From an uncultured Bacillota bacterium (GTDB lineage: Bacteria > Bacillota_I > Bacilli_A > RF39 > UBA660): a stretch of 63,544 nt of DNA. Location of the stretch: the NCBI GenBank assembly GCA_947246355.1, contig CAMXQX010000001.1:1-63544 (forward strand), in the 5' to 3' direction. A model generated the notes under the pieces. That model had not been told where the DNA came from. It searched no databases and saw only the letters and a program-made list of their open reading frames with translations. Made by a program: the position numbers and the translations under genes. This document shows positions 10,568 through 18,208 of this stretch, piece after piece; the stretch's first letter is position 1; every line of letters begins with the position of its first letter.

Positions 10568-11122
10568 CTATACAGTCATAAGTTCCTTTTCCTTTTCTTT
10601 TGTCTTATCATCTACTATTTTATTATATTTCTGAATCCGCTCTTGCACTTCTTCTAAAATACTTTTTTCTTGATCTTCTGGAACGGCTAGCTTTTTAATA
10701 TCTGTATTGGCATCTTGTCGTATATTCCTTAATGCAATTTTCGTCTCTTCCCCAAAAGATTTTGCTTGTTTCACGTATTCTCTTCTCGTTTCTTCTGTTA
10801 ATGCAGGAATATTTAAAATGATAACCTCGCCATTGTTGTTTGGAGTAAGACCAATATTTGCCTCATAAATCGCCTTTTCCAACGCACCTAAAACTGATTT
10901 ATCAAAAGGTTTGATCCAAAGTTGTCTCGCCTCAGGTATCGCAATATTGGCAAGTTGCTTTAATGGTGTATCTACTCCATAATACGACACCATAACTCCA
11001 TCTAATATTGCTGGATTCGCACGTCCTGCTCGAATATTGGTAAATCTCTTTTCTAAATTAGCGATCGCCTTTTCCATTTTCTCTTCTACTTGTAATAAAA
11101 TCTCATCCATATAAAAAGTCAT
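10568..11122 (-). CDS. frr: Ribosome recycling factor
   Basis: 184 aa. FTNIRAGRANPAILDGVMVSYYG and LNIPALTEETRREYVKQAK are typical Frr motifs. Confidence 0.93.
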   Translation of the reverse strand: MTFYMDEILLQVEEKMEKAIANLEKRFTNIRAGRANPAILDGVMVSYYGVDTPLKQLANIAIPEARQLWIKPFDKSVLGALEKAIYEANIGLTPNNNGEVIILNIPALTEETRREYVKQAKSFGEETKIALRNIRQDANTDIKKLAVPEDQEKSILEEVQERIQKYNKIVDDKTKEKEKELMTV

Positions 11123-11146
11123 CCCTCTCTTTTATACTATGTATAA

Positions 11147-11692
11147 TTATTTCACTTTCGGTGTATCTATACTCTTTTTTTGTTCTGATGAATAGGCAAG
11201 ATAAAGCTGTTCTGGAGACTTAGCCACCAAATGGGTATTTAAATCTTCTACTTCTTTAAAACTAGCAGAATTAATATATTTAATAAAAGCGTCTTCGTAA
11301 GATACATTTTCTTCACGAACAATAATATGGGCAACCGCTTGTGCTTTGGATTGCACAAGTGAACTAAAGTCATTGTCTTCAAAATAATACTGGCAGCCCT
11401 CTAAACTGGTTCTTTTTTCTTGCTGTTCTAAATCCAAAGAAGGCTCCTGTTTCTCATTATGACGTATATCACTTTTATTCATTGCATAGGACATGATTAT
11501 TTCTTGTTCCGAACAATTATACATTTCATCTATCACTTTTTTAAAATGAGGCGATCCAATATAGTTTTCAAAAGCCATTTCAATAGGTAAATCTTCCGCT
11601 TGTGCTATATAATTGGCAACTGCAATTGCTTTTTTGGTCAATTGATTAGTAATGTCTTCCCCATCTTTATAAATTTTATTTCTTAACTCCAT
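11147..11692 (-). CDS. Hypothetical protein with an internal tandem duplication of a ~55-aa helical module
   Basis: Start moved to the ATG at 11692 (MELRNK), which has a GGAGGAAG RBS. The tracked start at 11749 lies inside the promoter. Repeat 1 (KKAIAVANYI..EMAFENYIGSPHFKKVID) aligns with repeat 2 (SKAQAVAHII..EDAFIKYINSASFKEVED). Confidence 0.65.
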   Translation of the reverse strand: MELRNKIYKDGEDITNQLTKKAIAVANYIAQAEDLPIEMAFENYIGSPHFKKVIDEMYNCSEQEIIMSYAMNKSDIRHNEKQEPSLDLEQQEKRTSLEGCQYYFEDNDFSSLVQSKAQAVAHIIVREENVSYEDAFIKYINSASFKEVEDLNTHLVAKSPEQLYLAYSSEQKKSIDTPKVK

Positions 11693-11720
11693 GAAATACT
11701 TCCTCCTCTTATCTATTGGT

Positions 11721-11749
11721 ATCATACCATATGTTTTTTTAAATTGCAA
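11721..11749 (-). promoter_or_regulatory. Sigma-A type promoter for the 181-aa gene (and probably frr)
   Basis: Minus strand reads TTGCAA-17 nt-TATGAT with a TG extended -10 element (TGgTATGAT). Confidence 0.6.
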
Positions 11750-11783
11750 TTGCTATTTTTTTGTAAACAAAAAGCTAGGTAAT

Positions 11784-12662
11784 CTAGCCTTCGATTTGCT
11801 TTTGCACTTCTTCTGCAAAATTTTCTTCTCTTTTTTCCATTCCTTCGCCAACTTCATAACGTATCATGGTAATAATAGAGCCACCATTTTTTTCTACAAA
11901 AGTGCGAACATTCATATCTGAATCTTTTACAAATGGCTGTTCTTCTAAACAAACTTCTTCATAGTATTTACGAATTCTACCTTCGACCATCTTTTTAGCG
12001 ATCTCTTCTGGTTTACCTTCATTAATAGCTTGCTCTGTTAATACAGCTTTCTCTTTTTCAAGCACATCTGCCTCTACATCGTCTTTTCGAATATAGAGTG
12101 GACGCATAGCTGCAGCATGCATAGAAACATCTTTAGCAACCTCTTGGTTTGCTCCTTCAACAAGGGTAAGAACAGCAATTTTCCCTCCCATGTGGATATA
12201 AGAACCAAAATTTTGTGTATCCGTTTTTGTAATTTTAGTAAATCTTCTTAGGGAAAGTTTTTCTCCAATCTTCGCTGTTTTATTCACAATTAAATCTTGA
12301 ATGGTTTCCCCATTTACCGAAAGTGCTAAAGCGGCAGTGATATCACCATCTGCAACATCACTTTCCATAATTGTTTTTAAAATTTGGTCAACCATACTTG
12401 TAAATTCTTCATTTTTAGCAACAAAGTCTGTTTCCGAATTGACTTCGATACAAACCGCTGTATTTCCATCTTCTAAAATGGCAGCGATTCCTTCTGCAGC
12501 AATTCGATCAGCTTTCTTCATGGCTTTTGAAATTCCCTTTTCTCTTAGCCAATCGATGGCTTCCTCCATATTGCCATTCGTTGCCTCTAGTGCCTTTTTA
12601 CAATCAAGCATCCCTGCTCCTGATTTTTCTCTTAGCTCTTTTACTAAACTTGCAGTAATCAT
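11784..12662 (-). CDS. tsf: Elongation factor Ts
   Basis: Start at the ATG at 12662 (MITASLVKELREKSGAGMLDCKKAL) with a GGAGGA RBS. UBA-like N-terminus and EF-Ts core. Confidence 0.93.
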   Translation of the reverse strand: MITASLVKELREKSGAGMLDCKKALEATNGNMEEAIDWLREKGISKAMKKADRIAAEGIAAILEDGNTAVCIEVNSETDFVAKNEEFTSMVDQILKTIMESDVADGDITAALALSVNGETIQDLIVNKTAKIGEKLSLRRFTKITKTDTQNFGSYIHMGGKIAVLTLVEGANQEVAKDVSMHAAAMRPLYIRKDDVEADVLEKEKAVLTEQAINEGKPEEIAKKMVEGRIRKYYEEVCLEEQPFVKDSDMNVRTFVEKNGGSIITMIRYEVGEGMEKREENFAEEVQKQIEG

Positions 12663-12710
12663 GTGTTCCTCCTTTTTTATTCGGCTTCTCAAATATTATT
12701 TATTTTCAAT

Positions 12711-13715
12711 TTATTTTAATGCATCTAATAATTCGGCTTTTTTCATCGTTGAGTAACCCTTCACTTCTTTCGCTTTTGCTAAATCGCGAAGTTCTGCTAC
12801 CGTCATAGAATCTAGGTTGCTTTCTGAAACAATCTTTTCTTCTTTTCCTTCTTCTTTTTTTGTTTCTTTCTCTTCTCTTTGTTCCCTAAATTCTCTTTTA
12901 AATTCTTTCTTTGGTCCAAAATTTTTATTACGATCAAATCTTTTTTTATCTTCCTTCTTGTGAACCGTTTCTAAAGCTCTTTCCATAATTTCTTGTCCAG
13001 ACTTGTCGTCTTCTTTCACATAGTTAACAATTTGACCACCATTTGCCTCAACAATGGCATTGGCCATAACACCAGTAATTAATTTGACTGCACGAATCGC
13101 ATCATCATTTCCTGGAATAACATAATCAATACTATCTGGATCACAGTTCGTATCGACAATTCCAAACACAGGAATGCCCAATTTTTTTGCTTCTTTAATT
13201 GCAATATCCTCTTTTGATGGATCAACAATATACAAAGCTTCTGGTAATTTATTCATTTCACGAATACCACATAATAACTTATTCAATTTGTCATATTCTT
13301 TTTTTAGTCCGATTCGTTCTTTTTTAGGTAGTAAATCAAATGTACCATCTTTTTCCATTCTTTCGATATCCTCTAACCGTTTTACACGTCTTCGGATGGT
13401 TTTAAAATTGGTTAAAGTCCCTCCTAACCATCTTTCAGATACATAGTAAGATTCTGCGCGAGTGGCTTCGGATACAATCGCTTCCTGCGCTTGTTTTCTT
13501 GTTCCCACAAATAAGACTTTTCCACCATTTTTAACAATTTGGTATAAAGCTTGGTAAGCTTCTTCTATTTTCTTTGCAGTTTTTTGCAAATCAATAATAT
13601 AAATATCATCTCTAGAAGTAAAGATGTATTCCTTCATTTTTGGGTTCCATCTTTTGGTTTGATGACCAAAATGAACACCTGTTTCCAATAAATAATTCAT
13701 TGACACAACGGCCAT
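12711..13715 (-). CDS. rpsB: 30S ribosomal protein S2 with a ~90-aa K/E-rich C-terminal extension ending in a Rho_N/SAP-like helix motif
   Basis: Start at the ATG at 13715 ([27 protein letters not shown]) with an AAGGAGA RBS. The tail ends [31 protein letters not shown]. Confidence 0.93.
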   Translation of the reverse strand: MAVVSMNYLLETGVHFGHQTKRWNPKMKEYIFTSRDDIYIIDLQKTAKKIEEAYQALYQIVKNGGKVLFVGTRKQAQEAIVSEATRAESYYVSERWLGGTLTNFKTIRRRVKRLEDIERMEKDGTFDLLPKKERIGLKKEYDKLNKLLCGIREMNKLPEALYIVDPSKEDIAIKEAKKLGIPVFGIVDTNCDPDSIDYVIPGNDDAIRAVKLITGVMANAIVEANGGQIVNYVKEDDKSGQEIMERALETVHKKEDKKRFDRNKNFGPKKEFKREFREQREEKETKKEEGKEEKIVSESNLDSMTVAELRDLAKAKEVKGYSTMKKAELLDALK

Positions 13716-13884
13716 ATTTTCATCTCCTTTTGTTATATCTTCCATTATTTCTAACCTTCACCACCTATATAAGGCACTAGGCAAAGGAATTCATAATGTG
13801 TTTATTTGAAAAAGCCAAGGGTATTATACCATGTAAAGGTTACCTCTATCAACTATTTTATGCTTAAAATTGCTATTTTAACCA

Positions 13885-13912
13885 AAAAAAGACTTTTTAT
13901 AGCAAAGTCCTC
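13885..13912 (-). terminator. Rho-independent terminator upstream of rpsB (ends the 208-aa gene transcript)
   Basis: Minus-strand RNA AGGACUUU-GCUAUA-AAAGUCUU followed by a U run. Confidence 0.55.
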
Positions 13913-13915
13913 TCT

Positions 13916-14542
13916 TTATTTTTTTACTTTTTCTTTTGGTTTTTCTATTCTAAAAAAAGTACGTGCATAGGTAAGAACTTCCTCTATTTCCCAATCAGAA
14001 GCTACTCCTGCTGTATAATGATCTAAAATACCCTCTTTCTTCATTTTATAACGAAGAGTATCAAAACGTGCTGTTTCGTAGATGGTACAGTTAACACGGC
14101 AAATACTTCCATCATTTTCTATTAATACGGTTCCCTTGGGCGCCCACTTTTCTCCGTCTTCAATATCACGCCTTTTTACATATGCCCCCATTCTTTCTTT
14201 TTCATCATTACAATAAAGTGCAGCCTCTGTATAAAATTCACTTGCATCTAGAACCACTTTCTCTTGTTTGAATAAATCAACTTGGGCATCATCATAGCGG
14301 CAGATAAACAGATCTCTTATATCCCTTTTTTTCTTTTCTTCTGCGACTTCTATTTTGCATTGTAGCATACTCTCTTTTTTTAGTTCTAAAAGTACCAATA
14401 ATTTTGCAGGATTGGTGTCATTATAAGTTTGAATTTCATCCTTAATCTGTTCTAATAACTTTTTCTGCAATTTTTCTACTTCACATTTGGAGGCATTTAT
14501 TCTCTCTTTTAGTTCATTTAGTTCTTTTTGCTTTCCATCCAT
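13916..14542 (-). CDS. Hypothetical protein, paralog of the adjacent 159-aa ORF, with an N-terminal coiled coil
   Basis: 208 aa. The C-terminal ~130 aa align with the neighbour: DLFIC/DVYIC, LFK, EKW/ENW, IENDGSICRVNCTI/IETGEREIICPNCSI, and YARTFFRIEKPKEKVKK/YAYRHFKFEKEKQKIKK. Confidence 0.6.
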   Translation of the reverse strand: MDGKQKELNELKERINASKCEVEKLQKKLLEQIKDEIQTYNDTNPAKLLVLLELKKESMLQCKIEVAEEKKKRDIRDLFICRYDDAQVDLFKQEKVVLDASEFYTEAALYCNDEKERMGAYVKRRDIEDGEKWAPKGTVLIENDGSICRVNCTIYETARFDTLRYKMKKEGILDHYTAGVASDWEIEEVLTYARTFFRIEKPKEKVKK

Positions 14543-14564
14543 AACTATCCTTTTCCTCTTCTCC

Positions 14565-15044
14565 CTATTTTTTTATTTTTTGCTTTTCCTTTTCGAATTT
14601 AAAATGTCTATAAGCGTAATTTAGGATTTGATTCATTTCACTAGCAGACATTTTTTCTGACTTAAAACGAAAAATAGAACCTTGTTTTCTCATAGAAGAA
14701 ACAATTTCTTTTCCTCGTATTACGTTTGTAATCGAACAATTAGGACAAATAATTTCCCTTTCCCCTGTTTCGATATGCCCATCTTCTCCTAACCAATTTT
14801 CAGTTGGAAATACTTTATCCCCACTTCTTCCTAAAATAGCGAGCTTATCAGAATCAAGCGCCTCATATACATCTACCCACATCGAATAGTTAATATCAAA
14901 AACACGTTTTTTCTTAAATAAACCCATGGTTCCATCAGTACAAACACAAATATACACATCGATAATACTTATACCTGTATCTCTTTTTGAGTCTTCGCTC
15001 TTATGTATCATCTCTTGTTTGTCTATATTTCTTTCTCTTTCCAT
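14565..15044 (-). CDS. Hypothetical protein, paralog of the adjacent 208-aa ORF
   Basis: 159-aa ORF, similar to the neighbouring ORF as described for it. A TATAAT -10-like hexamer lies upstream at 15104..15109 (minus strand). Confidence 0.6.
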   Translation of the reverse strand: MERERNIDKQEMIHKSEDSKRDTGISIIDVYICVCTDGTMGLFKKKRVFDINYSMWVDVYEALDSDKLAILGRSGDKVFPTENWLGEDGHIETGEREIICPNCSITNVIRGKEIVSSMRKQGSIFRFKSEKMSASEMNQILNYAYRHFKFEKEKQKIKK

Positions 15045-15137
15045 ATCTTACACCTTTTCTATCTTTTTTACTGTCCTAAATTTTCCCTTTTTAAGTAATC
15101 TCTATTATAATATTTTTTTAAAATTGCAATGTTTTTT

Positions 15138-15419
15138 TTACAAATTCTTCTCTTTTAAGTACTTCTCTATTTCTTCTTTGGCTTCTTTACGCATTGGTCT
15201 ACATTTTTGGTAAGCTTCTTTATCCTTCAAAATAGCTTCTACCATACCCGCACAGCTACCATATCCACAAGCCCCACAATTGTAGCCAGGAAGACGTTTT
15301 AGAATTTCTTCTTTTTTCTCTTCTCCACTATTTAATTTATGGTTTAAAAAGATTAAAATGCTTCCAAATAGGAAGGCCAAAATGACCATAATTCCTACCT
15401 CAATCATGTTTTTTATCAC
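15138..15419 (-). CDS. rnfB: Rnf complex subunit B, minimal form (TM helix + N-terminal 4-Cys Fe-S domain only)
   Basis: 93 aa: a TM helix followed by LPGYNCGACGYGSCAGMVEAIL...C. No C-terminal ferredoxin-type CxxCxxCxxxCP domains. Start is the GTG at 15419 or the ATG at 15407. Confidence 0.75.
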   Translation of the reverse strand: MIKNMIEVGIMVILAFLFGSILIFLNHKLNSGEEKKEEILKRLPGYNCGACGYGSCAGMVEAILKDKEAYQKCRPMRKEAKEEIEKYLKEKNL

Positions 15420-15504
15420 ATCCTCTACATTGCGCGCACCCTCTACTTTTCTTAGAGACGAGGGTTGCTAACAAGAACAGCACTACAACAAGCACATATC
15501 CCAT
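15400..15504 (-). CDS. Small Cys-rich membrane protein (34 aa), resembling the FeoB-associated Cys-rich membrane protein type
   Basis: Not in the ORF track (under 60 aa). My translation is MGYVLVVVLFLLATLVSKKSRGCAQCRGCDKKHD*. The ATG shares its A with the rnfA TGA stop, GAGG lies ~8 nt upstream, and the 3' end overlaps the rnfB start. Confidence 0.5.
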   Translation of the reverse strand: MGYVLVVVLFLLATLVSKKSRGCAQCRGCDKKHD

Positions 15505-16070
15505 CATAATCCATACCTCGTAAATAAAAGAGCAATGATACCCAATGTAATAAAAGCAATGGGTGTTCCTTTAAATCCTTCCAAAACAGGCGCATTTTCC
15601 ATTTTCACACGGAGGGTGGAAAAAACATAGATCACAAGTAAGAAACCCATACTACTCCCTAGAGAATACACCAAGGTCTCTAAAAGAGAGAAGGCATGAT
15701 CAATCACTAAAATAGAAACTCCGAGAACAGCACAATTGGTGGTAATCAAAGGAATATAGAGTCCCATGCTTTTATACAAAGTGGGCATATATCTTTTGAT
15801 AAGAATTTCTAAACTTCCTACAATAGAAGCAATCGTAAAAATGAAAATCAAAGTTCTTAAATGGGTGGTATTCGTTGGCACTAAGATTTGGTAGTAAAAA
15901 AAGTAAGAGATAAAAGAAGAAAGGACAACCGTAAAGACAACCATTAAGCCCATTTTATAAGCGTTTTCTTCTTTTCTAGAATTTCCAAGAAGTGGACAGA
16001 GCCCTAAAAATTTGGTAAGGACAATATTTTCTGCTAAAAGGGCTGTAAAAAATAAACTAATGAGTTTCAT
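15504..16070 (-). CDS. rnfA: Rnf complex subunit A
   Basis: 188-aa polytopic membrane protein (ENIVLTKFLGLCPLLG...) in rnf operon context. Confidence 0.9.
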   Translation of the reverse strand: MKLISLFFTALLAENIVLTKFLGLCPLLGNSRKEENAYKMGLMVVFTVVLSSFISYFFYYQILVPTNTTHLRTLIFIFTIASIVGSLEILIKRYMPTLYKSMGLYIPLITTNCAVLGVSILVIDHAFSLLETLVYSLGSSMGFLLVIYVFSTLRVKMENAPVLEGFKGTPIAFITLGIIALLFTRYGL

Positions 16071-16686
16071 GTTTCTTCCTCCTCATTCCTAAAATACCAA
16101 GAAGAATTCCTGCGGTTAAAAAAGCGCCTGCTGGACTGATAAACAAGGCATTTGGCAAATAATCTCCCTGTAATAAAGTCACCACTATCTTTTGTCCAAA
16201 TATCTTTTCTGTTGCATCGACCAAGGTAATGGTTCCATTTCCTAAAATTTCTCTAAAAAATCCAAAGAAAGAAATAGAGGCCAAATACCCAAGCCCAATT
16301 CCAAGGCCATCCACAAAACTATTTCGTACACTTTCCTTCATCGCCACTTGAAGTCCTCTTCCTAAAAGAATACAATTGACAACAATTAAAGATAAATAAA
16401 TACCAAAAGCATCATAGAGAGGTTTTAAAAAAGTAGATAAGAGAAGTTCTAAAATTGTAACAAGGGTTCCGATAATTAAAATGAGAGAGGGTGTTGTTAC
16501 ACTTTTCCCAATCCATTTTTTGGATAAAGAAATAATTGTATTCGAAAGAACCAAAACAAGCAAAACTGCTACTCCAAGTAAAAAAGATTTTTCAAACGTC
16601 GTAGAGATAGCCATAGTGGAACAAAGTCCAAGCATTAAAACCGTCAATGGGTTTTCTTTTATCATTCCATCTTTTATTTTTCGCAT
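16057..16686 (-). CDS. rnfE: Rnf complex subunit E
   Basis: Start moved to the ATG at 16686 (MRKIKDGMIKENPLTVLMLGLCSTMA) with an AGGAGG RBS. Paralog of RnfA. Confidence 0.9.
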   Translation of the reverse strand: MRKIKDGMIKENPLTVLMLGLCSTMAISTTFEKSFLLGVAVLLVLVLSNTIISLSKKWIGKSVTTPSLILIIGTLVTILELLLSTFLKPLYDAFGIYLSLIVVNCILLGRGLQVAMKESVRNSFVDGLGIGLGYLASISFFGFFREILGNGTITLVDATEKIFGQKIVVTLLQGDYLPNALFISPAGAFLTAGILLGILGMRRKKHETH

Positions 16687-16783
16687 AAGTGCCTCCTTTA
16701 CGTAAATGATTTTACGAACACAAGTAACAAAATACAAATGCACGCTAAGAGAAGAAAATGAAAAAGCTCTTTGATTCCCTCTT

Positions 16784-18208
16784 TCACCTTAAAATCCCCT
16801 CTTCCTTTAAAACATTCATAATACTCTTTTTTAATGCTTTGGAGGAAATGGTCGCTCCACTTATTGTATCCACTTCCTCTATTTTTTCTTGGTTTTGAAG
16901 AAGCGTATCTATATAAGCAGCATCCATTACCATTTGAAAGTAAGCATCTGTTTCGTGTTCTTCGAGTACTTTCATAGTCTTTATTTTTTGCCCCTCGAGT
17001 ACAAATTCAATTTTGATAAGTCCTCCGTTACCCTTTTGGGTTACGACATACGTCGTTTCCTTGCCCATTGTTTTCTTATCTATAATTTGAAAATTACTAT
17101 CTGTCGCATCTTTTTTTGCATATTTTAAACACACGTTTTGAATTAAAAGAAAAGAACAAAAAAGGCAGGCAAGTAATGGAACAGCCACTTTCTTTATCGC
17201 AATTCCTTGCATAGATCCAATTTTATCTAGAATAGGTACAAAAAGATTGAGAGTTAAAATACTAGTAAGTACCCCTTCTGGAAGAGGCGTTAAATATCTG
17301 CATGTTACTGTAGATATACCAAGAAAAATCGCATACAATACTTGTCCAATCGACGTAATGGGACTCGTTACAGGATCAGTTGCCATAAAGATAGCTCCAA
17401 AGAAAAGGCCACCACTTAAAACTTGAAAGCAAGGATACCAAAGCCCCATCCCATTAGCCTTTCCAATACAAAGGGTGAGTAAAAAGACTGTTCCAATATA
17501 AAAGGCAGGTATTTTCCACTTGATTACACGCTTAAAGCTTAAGAAAAAGAATGCACATAAGCATAAGAGGGCGCTCGTCTCTCCTAATGCACCTGGAATG
17601 GTTCCTAAAAAGAAATCCCAAAGAGTTCCATAAGGAGCAACTAATGTCGCATAACTTCCAATCCCATCAACTCCCTGCGCATTCGATAGTGGGGTTGCGA
17701 AACTAACGGTATCCATCTCTAAAGTATTGAAGTACCCTCCCATTTTAGCAATGTACCCTCCATACATAGTCAGTAAGAAAAAACATCCAATTAAGGCAGG
17801 ATTAAATAGATTATGTCCAAATCCACCATACAGCATTTTTCCGAAAAATGTCGCTATAAAGCTGGCAAAAACCATAAGCAAAAGAGGTGTATTGTAAGGA
17901 ACGATCAAACTAAGAAATAATCCTGGAAAAATGGGAAAAGAATGACGAAGTTCTTCTTTTATTTCCACTTTCGTTTGATGTTTTAATACTCGAAAATAGA
18001 AGTATTCGCTGAAGTAAGAAGTGATAATACCCACAAGCAACAAAAGAAGTGGATACATCATACCATAGAAAGTAGCATACCCTTTGATAAAAGGAAGAAG
18101 TCCATTTTTATAAAAAGTAAATATAAGAAGAGGTAGTAAAGCAAGAAAAAGATTTTTCATCATCTTTCCTGTTGTATTGTTTTGCTTTATAAATGGTCCT
18201 GTATTCAT
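16784..18208 (-). CDS. rnfD: Rnf subunit D fused to subunit G (C-terminal FMN-binding domain)
   Basis: A single 474-aa ORF. The RnfD core contains GAIFMATDPVTSP and ends near PEGV..LNLFVPILDK. It continues into a TM helix plus an FMN_bind-type domain ending DTISGATISSKAL, which is the RnfG signature. Confidence 0.85.
   Translation of the reverse strand: MNTGPFIKQNNTTGKMMKNLFLALLPLLIFTFYKNGLLPFIKGYATFYGMMYPLLLLLVGIITSYFSEYFYFRVLKHQTKVEIKEELRHSFPIFPGLFLSLIVPYNTPLLLMVFASFIATFFGKMLYGGFGHNLFNPALIGCFFLLTMYGGYIAKMGGYFNTLEMDTVSFATPLSNAQGVDGIGSYATLVAPYGTLWDFFLGTIPGALGETSALLCLCAFFFLSFKRVIKWKIPAFYIGTVFLLTLCIGKANGMGLWYPCFQVLSGGLFFGAIFMATDPVTSPITSIGQVLYAIFLGISTVTCRYLTPLPEGVLTSILTLNLFVPILDKIGSMQGIAIKKVAVPLLACLFCSFLLIQNVCLKYAKKDATDSNFQIIDKKTMGKETTYVVTQKGNGGLIKIEFVLEGQKIKTMKVLEEHETDAYFQMVMDAAYIDTLLQNQEKIEEVDTISGATISSKALKKSIMNVLKEEGILR

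Noticed and set aside
11741-11756. The 8-bp palindrome GCAATTGC upstream of the 181-aa gene, considered as a repressor operator.
   Set aside because: It coincides with the -35 hexamer (TTGCAA) of a well-spaced promoter. The palindrome is too short and occurs only once, so a separate operator cannot be claimed.
14565-15044. A zinc-ribbon assignment for the paralog pair, based on CxC...CxxC in the 159-aa protein.
   Set aside because: The Cys residues are not all conserved in the 208-aa paralog, so a structural zinc site is not supported by the pair.
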